DNA of 31,367 nt from Verrucomicrobiota bacterium (GTDB taxonomy: Bacteria > Verrucomicrobiota > Verrucomicrobiia > Limisphaerales > CANJSG01): assembly GCA_038209745.1 (NCBI GenBank), contig JBBQXJ010000057.1, forward strand, positions 1 through 31,367. Reading direction: 5' to 3'. Below the pieces are notes generated by a model. The model was not told the origin of the DNA, made no database searches, and was given only the letters and a program-made list of their open reading frames with translations. Positions within the stretch are counted from its first letter, which is position 1, and each line of letters starts with the position of its first letter. The position numbers and the translations under genes are program-made. Of this stretch, positions 8,635 through 19,000 are shown one piece after another.

Positions 8635-8831
8635 GACGGTCGATGGTTTAACGACCGGCGTGTTTTCCCTGACCGAGTTGCGGCGGAGTTGTTCCTTCGT
8701 CCTGCTCGGTTTTCAGCGCGTTCCGAGAACGGACACCGGAGCGGTGTCGTTTTTGGTATCACCACACGTCGATGGTCCGGAAAACTGCATCCAAATAATT
8801 GAACGACAATGGTCCAAAATTTCGTGCGCAC

Positions 8832-8971
8832 GCTCCCGCCAAGCCGCCGGAGGACGCGATGAAGCAAGGCAGTTTGCTCAGGCGACTCCGGGGCCTTCAT
8901 TCGTCGCCCATGATGCCGGTTTCGAAAGATCGTTCGCCACGAGGCGGCTTGGCGGAAGCCATCGACCTACC
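8832..8971. repeat. REP-like inverted repeat pair (GTAG-type)
   Basis: gctcccgccaagccgcc (8832-8848) pairs with ggcggcttggcggaagc (8943-8959). 8945-8971 matches the reverse complement of 27449-27475 at 24 of 27 positions. Confidence 0.7.
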
Positions 8972-8998
8972 GCCTGCGACCCTTGGGAATTCCATTCC

Positions 8999-10414
8999 AT
9001 GAACTGGAGCTTCGCCTATCTCGTCAGCGAATGGCTGATCCGCCTGGCCATGCTGGTCTACGTGCCCCAGCAGCGCTCCACCGCAGCCACCCGCACCTGG
9101 CTTCTCCTCATCTTCCTCTTTCCCCTGCCCGGCCTCGCGCTCTACGCGTTGATGGGACGGATCTACGTGCCGCGGCAACGCATCGAACAACAACGCCGCG
9201 CCTCCAGCCGCATCCGTGAAGCCCAAAAGGGCCTCGATCCCCAGCTCCACATCCATCCCGATCTACCGCCCCATCTCCAGCCGCTCGTCCAACTCGCGAC
9301 CACCCTTGGCGACTTCGAACCCTTCGGCGGCAACCAGGTCGAACTCCTCGCCGACTACGACGGAGCGATCCGTCGCCTCGTCGAAGACATCGACGGCGCC
9401 CAGCGACACGTCCATCTCCTCTTCTACATCTTCGAGGCCGACGCCACCGGCCACCGCGTCGCCGATGCCCTGATCCGCGCCGCCGGCCGGGGGGTGAAAT
9501 GCCGCGTGCTCATGGACGCCGTCGGTTCCAAAAAGGGCCTCGCTCGCCTCGGCAAGGAACTCCGCCAAGCCGGCGTCGAACTCCACGCTATGCTCCAGGT
9601 CGGCCTCTTCCGTCGCAACGCCTCCCGCTTCGACCTGCGCAACCACCGCAAGATCGCCGTCATCGACGGTGAGATCGGCCACACCGGTTCGCAGAACCTG
9701 GTGGACGGAGATTTTGTGAAGGGCTTCCCGAACGAAGAACTCATGGCCCGCGTAACCGGCCCGATCGCCACCCAGCTCCAGGCCGTCTTCGTCACCGACT
9801 ACTTCTTCGAGTCCGGCCAGACCCTCGACCGAGAGGCGCACTTTCCCGTGCTGGCACCGACCGGCACCGCCATCGCCCAGCTCCTGCCCAGCGGTCCCGG
9901 CTATCAGCGCGAGAATTCCCAGGAACACTTCGTCTCCCTCCTCTATGCCGCCCGCCGCCGCGTCGTGTTGACCACGCCCTATTTCATCCCCGACGAACCG
10001 TTCCTCCAGGCCATGCACTCCGCCGCGCGGCGTGGAGTGGAAGTCGTGCTCATGCTCTCGGCCCATGCCAACCAGCGTCTGACCCAGTTTGCGCAACGCG
10101 CCTTCTACGACGAGCTGCTGGAAGCCGGCGTCGAGATCCGCCTCTATCTGCCGGGCTTCCTCCACGCCAAGCACCTCACGGTGGACGACGACATCGCGGT
10201 CATCGGCTCGACCAACATCGACATCCGCTCCTTCGCCCTCAACGCCGAGATCAACCTCGTCCTCTACGACCGCGACGTCGTCCGCCGCCTCCGCGAAATC
10301 GAAGACCGCCGCCTCGCCGAAAGCGACCGCCTGACCCTGGCAGATTGGAGGAAACGCCCCGTCACGACCCGCGTGCTCCAGAACATCGCCCGGCTGGCGG
10401 ACTCGCTGCTGTGA
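8999..10414 (+). CDS. cls: Cardiolipin synthase
   Basis: Two N-terminal TM helices and two PLD motifs (NHRKIAVID, LHAKHLTVD...GSTNID). Confidence 0.93.
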   Translation: MNWSFAYLVSEWLIRLAMLVYVPQQRSTAATRTWLLLIFLFPLPGLALYALMGRIYVPRQRIEQQRRASSRIREAQKGLDPQLHIHPDLPPHLQPLVQLATTLGDFEPFGGNQVELLADYDGAIRRLVEDIDGAQRHVHLLFYIFEADATGHRVADALIRAAGRGVKCRVLMDAVGSKKGLARLGKELRQAGVELHAMLQVGLFRRNASRFDLRNHRKIAVIDGEIGHTGSQNLVDGDFVKGFPNEELMARVTGPIATQLQAVFVTDYFFESGQTLDREAHFPVLAPTGTAIAQLLPSGPGYQRENSQEHFVSLLYAARRRVVLTTPYFIPDEPFLQAMHSAARRGVEVVLMLSAHANQRLTQFAQRAFYDELLEAGVEIRLYLPGFLHAKHLTVDDDIAVIGSTNIDIRSFALNAEINLVLYDRDVVRRLREIEDRRLAESDRLTLADWRKRPVTTRVLQNIARLADSLL

Positions 10415-10554
10415 GCCACTCCTCGTCTTGGGCCTGACCCGTATCAACAATCACCATGGGCTCAACGAAAAACACCCGTCGGGGGCCGGCCTACCAGCAC
10501 GCGGGATTGCCGACGGTGTCCGCAGCGGGGTGAACAATCTGAATGGGCAGCCAA

Positions 10555-10731
10555 GGGCCAAAGGCCCGTCGCCAATCCAGCCCGGGGCATCGCCCTGGGG
10601 AAACTGCCGGCCGAAACAAAACGAAGCCCTGGAAGGGCGTTTTAGTTCGCTCCTTCAGGGCTCCGCTCCTGGCCGTATCGTCGCCTCCGGGGCGATGCCC
10701 CGGGCTTTTTTATGGCCGCACCTTCGGCGCT
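10555..10731. repeat. Nested palindromic REP/REPIN-like element between convergent genes
   Basis: Perfect 17-bp inverted repeat agcccggggcatcgccc (10579-10595) / gggcgatgccccgggct (10690-10706), enclosing agccctggaagggcg / cgctccttcagggct. Confidence 0.75.
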
Positions 10732-10763
10732 CCGAACATCGTGGCCAACCATCCGCCTTCGCT

Positions 10764-12083
10764 TCACCCGAGTTTCCAGCCCTTGCGGTATTCGTGGTGG
10801 ATGAACTTGTCGGCCTCGGGCACGCCCTTGGCTCGCAGCCGCACGGCGTCCCACTCGATCCGTTTGCCGGTGCGGAAGGCGATGTTGCCGAGCTGGCCGA
10901 TCTCCGTGAGCAGCCCGCCGTAGGCGAACGGCGAGTTGGTCCGGCCGAGCGCCGCGAACTGCGGCATCGCCAGGTTCTCGCCCTTCACGGCGCGGATCCA
11001 TTCCTGATGGTGCCCCACCGATTCCGCCAAGGTCTCAGCCGGCATCGGCGCGTCCTTGAAGCGATCCTCCGGCAGGAGCAGATGCCGGCCGTAGTCCGAA
11101 AGCAGCATCCCCTTCTCTCCGACGAAGAGCGTGCCGCCGCCCCATTGTGACAGGTCGGGCAGTCCCGCCATCTGAGGCCGTCCAGAACCCGAGTGCCAAT
11201 ACATCGTGACCGCTCGACGGAAGCCCCGGGCCGGGAATTCGTAGCGCACGCGCATCGCTTTCGGAACGCAGTTCGCATCGGGCGTCGGCCCTTCGGCTTC
11301 AATCACGGTCGGCAGAGCGAGGTCGAGCGCCCAGACCGAGAGATCGATGTGGTGGCAGCAGAAGTCGCTCAGCGTGCCGCCGCCGAAATGCCACCAGCCG
11401 CGCCAGTTGAAGGGCACCCATTCCTTGCTGTAGGGCATCCAGGAGACGGGGCCCACCCATTGGTCGTAGTCCAGCGTCGTCGGGACGGGTTCGGCGGCGG
11501 GCAAAGGCTTCAGCGGCCATTCGCTGCCGGCCCAATGGTGCACCTCGCGCACCGGCCCGATGACGCCCGCCTGGATCTTCTCGACCACGCGGCGGTAGTT
11601 CGCGCTGGCGTGGATCTGGTTGCCCGTCTGGGTCACGACGCCGGTCTTCTTCGCCACGTCCAGCATCCGGCGCATTTCGGAGACTTTGTGGGTCAGCGGC
11701 TTCTCGCAATAGACCGGCCGGCCGCTCTGCATCGCGGCGATGGCGATGATCGCGTGGTTGTGGTCGGGCGTGCTCACCACGATGCCGTCGAGATCGTTCC
11801 GGTCGATCAAGCGGCGGAAGTCCGACATGGTCGCCGCCTTGGGGAACTTGGCCGCCGCCCCGGCCAGCCGCACCGAATCCACGTCGCACAGCGCCACGAT
11901 GTTTTCGCCCATGACACCCGCCAGATTGTCACCACCACGACCCGCCACACCGATGACGCCGAGGTTCAGCTTGTCGTTGGCCGAGAGCCGGCGCATCGGC
12001 GGCTTGGGCGAGCTGCAGCCGGCCATGATGCCGGCGGTCAAGAGAGCAGTGTTCTGGAGGAACTGGCGGCGGGTGATGTGCAT
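10764..12083 (-). CDS. Gfo/Idh/MocA family oxidoreductase with Tat signal
   Basis: MHITRRQFL twin-arginine signal, GVIGVAGRG, VSTPDHNH and VYCEKP motifs. Confidence 0.92.
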   Translation of the reverse strand: MHITRRQFLQNTALLTAGIMAGCSSPKPPMRRLSANDKLNLGVIGVAGRGGDNLAGVMGENIVALCDVDSVRLAGAAAKFPKAATMSDFRRLIDRNDLDGIVVSTPDHNHAIIAIAAMQSGRPVYCEKPLTHKVSEMRRMLDVAKKTGVVTQTGNQIHASANYRRVVEKIQAGVIGPVREVHHWAGSEWPLKPLPAAEPVPTTLDYDQWVGPVSWMPYSKEWVPFNWRGWWHFGGGTLSDFCCHHIDLSVWALDLALPTVIEAEGPTPDANCVPKAMRVRYEFPARGFRRAVTMYWHSGSGRPQMAGLPDLSQWGGGTLFVGEKGMLLSDYGRHLLLPEDRFKDAPMPAETLAESVGHHQEWIRAVKGENLAMPQFAALGRTNSPFAYGGLLTEIGQLGNIAFRTGKRIEWDAVRLRAKGVPEADKFIHHEYRKGWKLG

Positions 12084-12177
12084 GGCCCATGGTTGACCCA
12101 CTGGACCATGGGTGAAAAGCCGCTCGGCCCCGCCCGATTCGGGGGGACTGCCACGTTGAACAAGGGTTTCCAACGCG

Positions 12178-12531
12178 TCAGCCCAAGAGCTGTTCCCAAT
12201 CCTCGGTCTTGAACCCCACGACGCCGCTTTCCTTCGTCAAAACAAAGGGCCGCTTCACCAGGTTCCCGTTCGACCCCAGCAGGGCCAACGCCTCGGACTC
12301 GGTCATCGTCGGGAGCTTGGCACAGAGGCCGAGCGCCCGATAGTCCAGCCCGGACGTGTTGAAGAGCTTGCGGATCTCGCCGCCGTAGAGGCCGAGCATC
12401 CGCTTCAGCTCCGCCTTCGTCGGCGGCTGCTCCCGGATGGGAACGACCTCGTGCGCGACGCCGCGTTCTTTGAGGAACTTCAGCGCCTTGCGGCACGTGT
12501 CGCAACCGGCGTAGGCATATACTTTCATCAT
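12178..12531 (-). CDS. ArsC/Spx/YffB family protein
   Basis: CDTCRKA, LFNTSG and LVKRPF motifs. Confidence 0.9.
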   Translation of the reverse strand: MMKVYAYAGCDTCRKALKFLKERGVAHEVVPIREQPPTKAELKRMLGLYGGEIRKLFNTSGLDYRALGLCAKLPTMTESEALALLGSNGNLVKRPFVLTKESGVVGFKTEDWEQLLG

Positions 12532-12582
12532 GTGGACCCGGAGCCTGCCGTTGCGGTTTCACGGAGCAAGTAAATCGGCTAT

Positions 12583-13169
12583 GTGGCCGAGGGTCTCGGC
12601 AAGGTCTTCCACATCGGACACGCCAACCTCGGCGATCCGGCTTCATGGAGCGTGCCTTTCTGGAAAGAAGACGTCGTCGCCTACGCCCTTGCGGAAAGCG
12701 GCTCTCCCGCTGGCCCCACCCGGGAAGAGGCTTTCTTCGCGAACGATTCCAGGAAGCCGGTCAACGATCTGCCGAAGGGTGCCGCCTGGGAATCCGCCGA
12801 CGTGCCGGACGAAGCCTATCCCGACGGCGGCATCCCGCGGAAGCGATCAAACGCCTGCAAGCGGCCAAGGCGTCGCCCGGGACGCCGTTATTCCTCGCCG
12901 TCGGTTTCGTGAAGCCCCATCTGCCCTTCTGCGCACCCACGAAGTATTGGGATCTCTACGACCGCTCGGCCTTCAAGCTCGCCGATCGTCAATACCCGCC
13001 GGATGGCGCTCCGTCCTATGCGCCGCAGATGAACATCGAGCTCTACGACTACCAGACCGATCCAGAGGAGACGCGAAACTTGGCTTCCGAGCAGCCCAAG
13101 ACCGTGGTCAAACTCCGCGCCATCCTCGCCACCCAGCCCGAGGCCAAGCCGCAGTGGCGCGCCCGCTGA
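12583..13169 (+). pseudogene. Sulfatase (iduronate-2-sulfatase-like) remnant
   Basis: GKVFH...VPDEAYPDG, then a frameshift near 12835 to FLAVGFVKPHLPFCAP..YWDLYD, then an abrupt jump to the C-terminal ELYDYQTDPEETRNLA. The N-terminal CxPxR region is absent. Confidence 0.85.
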
Positions 13170-13215
13170 GCCGCGGATGCCGTGTCGCTTTTTCGGTGGC
13201 GGGCGCTGGTAGACT

Positions 13216-14325
13216 ATGTTCATGAAGACCCTTGTGTCGGCGCTCAGCGAAGAGGAAATGACCATGGCGTGGGAGCGGAGGGATCCGGACTATGACGGGC
13301 TCTTCTGCTTCGCGGTGAAGACCACCGGGATCTTCTGCGTCCCTTCCTGTCCATCACGCCCCAACCGCGCCAACATCGAGTTTTTCCCCACGACCGGGGC
13401 CGCTGTCCGAGCCGGCTTCCGCCCGTGCAAACGCTGCCACCCCGAACTCGCCAACGGCCAGCCTCCCGAATGGATCTCCACCCTGATGCGCCGGGCCACC
13501 GGGGCTCCGGATCAAACCATCACCGCCGCCGATCTGCGCGCAGAAGGCATCGCGCCGGAGCGCGTTCGCCGATGGTTCCAGAAACACCATGGAATGACCT
13601 TCGCCGCTTGGTGCCGGGGACTGCGATTGTCGGAGGCTTTCACCCGGATCCGGCGCGGCGATCCGATGGACGACGTGATCCTCGGGCACGGTTTCGATTC
13701 GCACAGCGGCTTTCGCTCCGCCTTCACCAAGGCCTTCGGACACCCGCCAGGCCGATCAGTCGACCGTGAGCGGCTCGTGGTCGCTCTCGTCGAAACGCCG
13801 CTCGGCCCGATGCTGGCAGCCGCGAGCGACCACGGGGTTTGTCAGTTGGAATTCGCCGATCGGCGCGGTCTGGAACGGAGCTACGCGGAGACGCGGCGCC
13901 GGTTCCGCCTGCCCATAGTTCCCGGCGACTCCGCGATTCTGGCGCAGCTACGAAAGGAGCTCCGGGAATACTTCGCGGGCGAACGGCGGGAGTTCCACCT
14001 GCCGGTGGTGCTCAAGGGAACCGCCTTTCAGGAACGCGTCTGGTCCGAACTTCGCCGAATCCCGTTTGGCCAGACCGCCAGCTACGCGACAATTGCGCGG
14101 AGGATCGGTTCGCCGACCGCCTTTCGCGCCGTCGCGCGGGCCAACGGAACCAATCGCCTCTACTTGCTGGTGCCGTGTCATCGCGTGATCGCGAAGGACG
14201 GCAGCCTCAGCGGCTACGGCGGCGGAGTTTGGCGAAAGCAGCGGTTGCTCGATCTGGAGCAATGCGTTCAGCGCGGCGAATCCGCAGGACCCGCCGGAGC
14301 GGACCAGAGCGTCCGGACCCCGTAG
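13216..14325 (+). CDS. ada: Bifunctional transcriptional activator / O6-methylguanine-DNA methyltransferase Ada
   Basis: Zn-binding GIFCVPSC...FRPCKRC, an AraC-type HTH and the active-site PCHRV. Confidence 0.93.
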   Translation: MFMKTLVSALSEEEMTMAWERRDPDYDGLFCFAVKTTGIFCVPSCPSRPNRANIEFFPTTGAAVRAGFRPCKRCHPELANGQPPEWISTLMRRATGAPDQTITAADLRAEGIAPERVRRWFQKHHGMTFAAWCRGLRLSEAFTRIRRGDPMDDVILGHGFDSHSGFRSAFTKAFGHPPGRSVDRERLVVALVETPLGPMLAAASDHGVCQLEFADRRGLERSYAETRRRFRLPIVPGDSAILAQLRKELREYFAGERREFHLPVVLKGTAFQERVWSELRRIPFGQTASYATIARRIGSPTAFRAVARANGTNRLYLLVPCHRVIAKDGSLSGYGGGVWRKQRLLDLEQCVQRGESAGPAGADQSVRTP

Positions 14326-14469
14326 ATCAGCTCCTGTCCGCTGACCGCACAGCCCATGCCGGCCACCGTCGCTTGCCCGTGCCGCCCATGGGGAAGTGTT
14401 GCCGTGAGGCTCGGACCCAATGATCTGGCTCGCGCTGTCGAATATCCGCTCGATCAGCGAGGCCCGACC

Positions 14470-16011
14470 TCAGAAAGGTCGCGGCTGTTTGAACTGCTGG
14501 GGACGGGGGCGTCTGCGAGACGTGGTCAAGGCCGGCCGGAGATTGCCACCTTCCCGGTTGCCGTTGACCGATTCCCTCGTTTCCTGGGAACGCGGCGCGG
14601 ATGGGCGGCCGCCTCCGGGACGCTGGCCCGACCGATTGGGTTGCTGGGGCCGCCCTTGACCGCCGCCACGGGAGGGTCCGCCCTGGCGCCTTTGTCCACC
14701 ACCCTGTCCACCACCCTGTCCGCCACCTTGTCCGCCACCTTGTCCGCCACCTTGTCCGCCACCTTGTCCGCCACCTTGCGGGCGACGTCCACCTTGTCCC
14801 TGCTGCGATCTTTGCGGCGGCCTCTGCTGTTGGGTGGCCTCCGGTCGATTCGCCTGGGGATTTGGAGTAGAAGCGGCTCCATAGTCGAAGCCTTCGGCCC
14901 GTTTGCGGACAATTCCGCGGCCGATGAACTTCTCCAACGTCCGCAGTTCCTGTTGGTCCTCCGGCGTGACAAAGCTGATCGCGTCGCCCACCGCGTGGGC
15001 CCGGCCCGTGCGGCCGATGCGATGCACGTAGTCCTCGGCCTGCATCGGGAAATCGAAGTTCACCACGTGGGAAATTCCGTCCACGTCGATGCCCCGAGCC
15101 GCGATGTCCGTCGCCACCAGGACGCGGACCGCACCAGACTTGAAGTCTTTCAACGCCCGCAAGCGCTGGTTCTGCGACCGGTTGGAATGCAGCGTGCCGG
15201 TGCGGATGCCCTTGATCTCCAACTGCCGCGCGATGCGGTCGGCGCCGTGTTTCGTGCGGGAAAAGATCAGCACCATGTTCATGTCTGGCCCGTTCAGGAG
15301 ATGCGCTAGAAGCGCCGGCTTCAGATGCTTCGGCACCTCGTAGACCAACTGGGTGACGGTCTCGGCGGGGTTCGACCGCCGGCCGATCTGGATCGTCTTC
15401 GGTTGATGCTGGAACTCGTGCGTGAGCCGCTCGATCTCCGCGGAGAGCGTCGCCGAGAACATCAGCGTCTGGCGCTTCTGCGGCAATGATCGGACGATCT
15501 GCCGGATCGACGGGAGAAAACCCATGTCCAGCATCCGGTCCGCTTCGTCGAGGACGAGGTGCTGGAGATTCGAGAAGTCGGTGCAACGCTGGCCCATGAG
15601 GTCGAGCAAACGGCCCGGACAGGCGATCACGACATCCGTGCCGGCGCGCAATGCCCGAATCTGGGGACTCTCGCCCACGCCGCCGAAGACGGTCGCGACC
15701 GTCACCGTGAGGTGCTTCGCGTAGGCCAGCACATTCTCCTCGATCTGCACCACCAGCTCCCGGGTCGGGGCGACGATCAGCACCTTGGTTCCCCGGCGCT
15801 GCGATCCGGCCGCCACTGCGGCCATCTGGGAAAGGATCGGCAAAGTGAACGCCGCGGTCTTGCCGGTGCCCGTCTGGGCGATGCCGATGAGGTCGTGCCC
15901 GGCGAGCACATGGGGAATGGCGGCCGACTGGATCGGCGTGGGCTCGGTGTAGCCGGCCTCTTGGACCGCCTGCAAAATTCGGGCATCAAGCCCCAGACTG
16001 CTGAATGACAT
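14470..16011 (-). CDS. DEAD-box RNA helicase (RhlE-like) with G/Q/R-rich tail
   Basis: Q motif PTPIQ, AQTGTGKT, PTREL, DEAD, SAT, ARGID and HRIGRTGR; start MSFSSLGL at 16011. Confidence 0.95.
   Translation of the reverse strand: MSFSSLGLDARILQAVQEAGYTEPTPIQSAAIPHVLAGHDLIGIAQTGTGKTAAFTLPILSQMAAVAAGSQRRGTKVLIVAPTRELVVQIEENVLAYAKHLTVTVATVFGGVGESPQIRALRAGTDVVIACPGRLLDLMGQRCTDFSNLQHLVLDEADRMLDMGFLPSIRQIVRSLPQKRQTLMFSATLSAEIERLTHEFQHQPKTIQIGRRSNPAETVTQLVYEVPKHLKPALLAHLLNGPDMNMVLIFSRTKHGADRIARQLEIKGIRTGTLHSNRSQNQRLRALKDFKSGAVRVLVATDIAARGIDVDGISHVVNFDFPMQAEDYVHRIGRTGRAHAVGDAISFVTPEDQQELRTLEKFIGRGIVRKRAEGFDYGAASTPNPQANRPEATQQQRPPQRSQQGQGGRRPQGGGQGGGQGGGQGGGQGGGQGGGQGGGQRRQGGPSRGGGQGRPQQPNRSGQRPGGGRPSAPRSQETRESVNGNREGGNLRPALTTSRRRPRPQQFKQPRPF
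14692..14775. repeat. 7 x 12-bp coding tandem repeat (GGGQ)
   Basis: Units YTGTCCRCCACC in the helicase C-terminal tail. Confidence 0.95.
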
Positions 16012-16072
16012 GGGCGGGGACTGTAGCGGGGAGCCAACCGTTGGCACGCACCAAAATGCGAACCCGAAGCGG

Positions 16073-19000
16073 TCAGTTGCCTTTGACCGCGACTTCGTGC
16101 CATCCGCCCCCGAGCACTTTGACCAGCTGGACGGTGACACTGCGGCGCATTCCTTGGACGCGGGCGTTGTTCCGCTGGAACTGGAGCGCCGAGCGGTCGG
16201 CGTCCACGACTTCGAGATAGCTGGAGGTACCGGCATCGTAGCGCGCCCGAGCGATCCCGGCCGCCTTGCGAGCCGCCACAAGCGCACGTTCGGTGGCCTC
16301 TCCCTCTTCTCCGAGGAACTTGAGCGCCGAGAGATTTTCCTGAACTTCAGCGAACGCGACCAGGACCTGCTGCCGGTAGTTGGCGACGGATTCGTCGTAG
16401 GCCGCCCGGCTGCGGGCGAGGTTCGCGCGGCTGCGCCCCCCCTGGAAAAGAGGCAGCGAAAGACTGGGCCCGATCGACCAGGTGTGGCTGTCCCACTTGA
16501 AGAGCGTGTCCAGATCGGCGCTGAGGAATCCCCCGGAGCCGGTCAACCGCAGCACGGGAAAGAACGACGCCTTCGCGATGCCGATCTTGGCGTTGGCCGA
16601 AGCCAGGTGGCGCTCGGCCGACGCGATGTCCGGACGACGTTCGAGCAGTTCCGAAGGAAGTCCCGCCGGAATGGCCGGCACGTCCGGGTGATAGTGCCCG
16701 AAATCCTCCACGCTGAATTCCGGAGCCATTACGCCGACCAGCACCGCAATGGCGGCCGAGATCGAGGCACGGCTCTGATTGAGCGACGATAGCTCCGCCT
16801 GGGCCGAGGCGAGTTCCGTGTCGGCCCGCGCTAGATCCAGCTCCGTGGCGGTGCCCGCATCGACGCGCGACTTGATCAGGTCCCGCGCCTGTTGGCGCAG
16901 GGCGATCGTCTCCCGCACGATCCCGCGCTGGTTGTCGGTGCTGCGGAGGGAGAAGTAGTTGTGGGCGATGTCCGCCTGGAGAGCCAATTGGACGTTGCGG
17001 AAATCGGCTTCACTCGCGTCGGCGTCGGCCCGGGCGCTCTCGAACGAGCGGCGGACCCGTCCCCACAGGTCGATCTCGTAGCTCAGATCGATCGGCGTCC
17101 TGAACGTGTTGTAGGTGGCGTGGCCGAAGTTCGGAAACTGGTTTGGCGAAAGCCGGTCCCGCTGTACCGCCGGGTCGAAGCTCAGCGCGGGAAAAAACTC
17201 GCTCTTCGAACTGCGCGCCAGGGCACGGGACTGGTCGATGCGCGCCACGGCGGCCCGCAACGACTGGTTGTTCGTCGCTGCCCGGTCTTGGAACTCGTTC
17301 AAGGTCGGATCGTTGAAGACCGTCCACCACGCCCCCTTCGGTTGGTTGTCGCGCGGCGCGCCCTCTTTCCAGGCGCCCATCGCGACATCCTGGAAGGCCG
17401 CCGGTACGGCATTCGTCGGGCGTTGATAATCGGGTCCGATCGTCAGCGGCCCTCCGTGGGTGCTGCACCCTGAGACCGTGAGCAGCAGCGCCAGCGCGGT
17501 CACAGTCGTGACGGCGACGCCGGTGCCGGTGCCGCCTCCATCCTTCTTTTTCGGTGTCTTCGCTTCGTCTTTCTTCCAACCGATCGACATCAGCACCGAA
17601 TAGAAAACGGGCGTGAGGAACAGGCCGAAAAGAGTCACCCCGATCATCCCGGCGAACACGGCCACACCCATCGCCCGGCGCATTTCAGCTCCGGCGCCGT
17701 GTGCGCTGACCAACGGATAAACCGCGGCGATGAACGTCACCGAGGTCATCAAAATCGGCCGGAGGCGCAGTCGGCAGGCCTCTATGGCCGCGTCGAACGG
17801 AGACAGGCCCTCGTCCTGTTTCACCTTCGCGAACTCGACGATGAGGATGGCGTTCTTACAGGCCAGAGCCACCAGCACCACCAGTCCGATCTGGGTGAAG
17901 ATGTTGTTGTCGCCCCGGCTCAGGTACACGCCGGCGATGGCGAAGAGCAGACAGAGCGGCACCACCAGGATGATCGCCAACGGCATGCGGAAACTCTCGT
18001 ATTGCGCGGCCAGCACCAGGAACACGAGGAGGATGCAGAGCGGGTAGATGTAGATGGCGGAATTGCCGGAAAGGATCCGCTGATAGGTCAGGTCGGTCCA
18101 CTCGTAGGCCATGCCCTTCGGCAAGGTCCGCCCGGCGATGTTGCCGATGATCTCCTCGGCTTGGCCCGAGCTGAATCCAGGCCCCGGATTGCCCATGATT
18201 TCGGCGGCGGGATAGCCGTTGTAACGCATCGCCCGATCAGGGCCATAAGACGGCGTGACCTTCACGAGCGTCCCCAGCGGCACCATCTCGCCCTTGTCGT
18301 TGCGGGTCTTGAGCCGGGTGATGTCGGCCGGATCGTCGCGGAACTGCGCGTCCGCCTGGGCCACCACCTGATAGGTGCGGCCGAACAGGTTGAAGTCGTT
18401 CACGTAGAGCGATCCAAGATAGACCTGCATCGTATCGAAGAGGTTCTTCAAGGGCACGCCCTGGGCTTTGGCCTTCTCCCGATCGATCTCGGCGTCAAGC
18501 TGCGGAACATTGATCGTGAAGCCCGAGAAGACGCCGGCCAGGGCGTTGGTCTGCCGGCTTTGTCCGACGACCGCCTGGGTGTTCTGGAACAAAGCGTCGT
18601 AGCCGAGACCTGCCCGGTCTTCGACGTAGAGCTTGAAGCCGCCGACCGTTCCCAAGCCGTTTACCGCCGGGGGCATGACCGCGAGGATGAAGGCGTCCTG
18701 GATGACCGCGAACTCCTGGTTGAGGCGCGCCGCAATGGCCGGCCCGCTCAAGTCGGGTGAGCGCCGATCTTCAAAGGGATCCAGTCCCACGAAGACGATG
18801 CCGGCGTTCGGAGCCACGCTGAAGCCGCTGATGCTGAGTCCCGGAAACGCGATCGAGTCGTGGACGCCGGGAACCTTCAGCGCGATGTCGGTCATGCGGC
18901 GCAGGACCTCGTCGGAACGGTCGAGCGAAGCGGCGTCCGTCAACTGGGCGAAGGCGACGAGGTATTGCTTGTCCTGCGTGGGAACGAAGCCGCTCGGAAC

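Noticed and set aside
8829..8841. Second tRNA-like 3' end (cacgctcccgcca)
   Set aside because: No T-arm; better explained as the left arm of the REP-like repeat.
8633..8998. Upstream ORF extensions of cls (also helicase 16012-16287, tetR 22987-23313, DUF2314 29346-29567)
   Set aside because: They run through repeats or other genes; family homology starts at the downstream ATGs used.
14692..14775. CRISPR-like short repeats
   Set aside because: Contiguous 12-bp units without spacers, in frame in the helicase.
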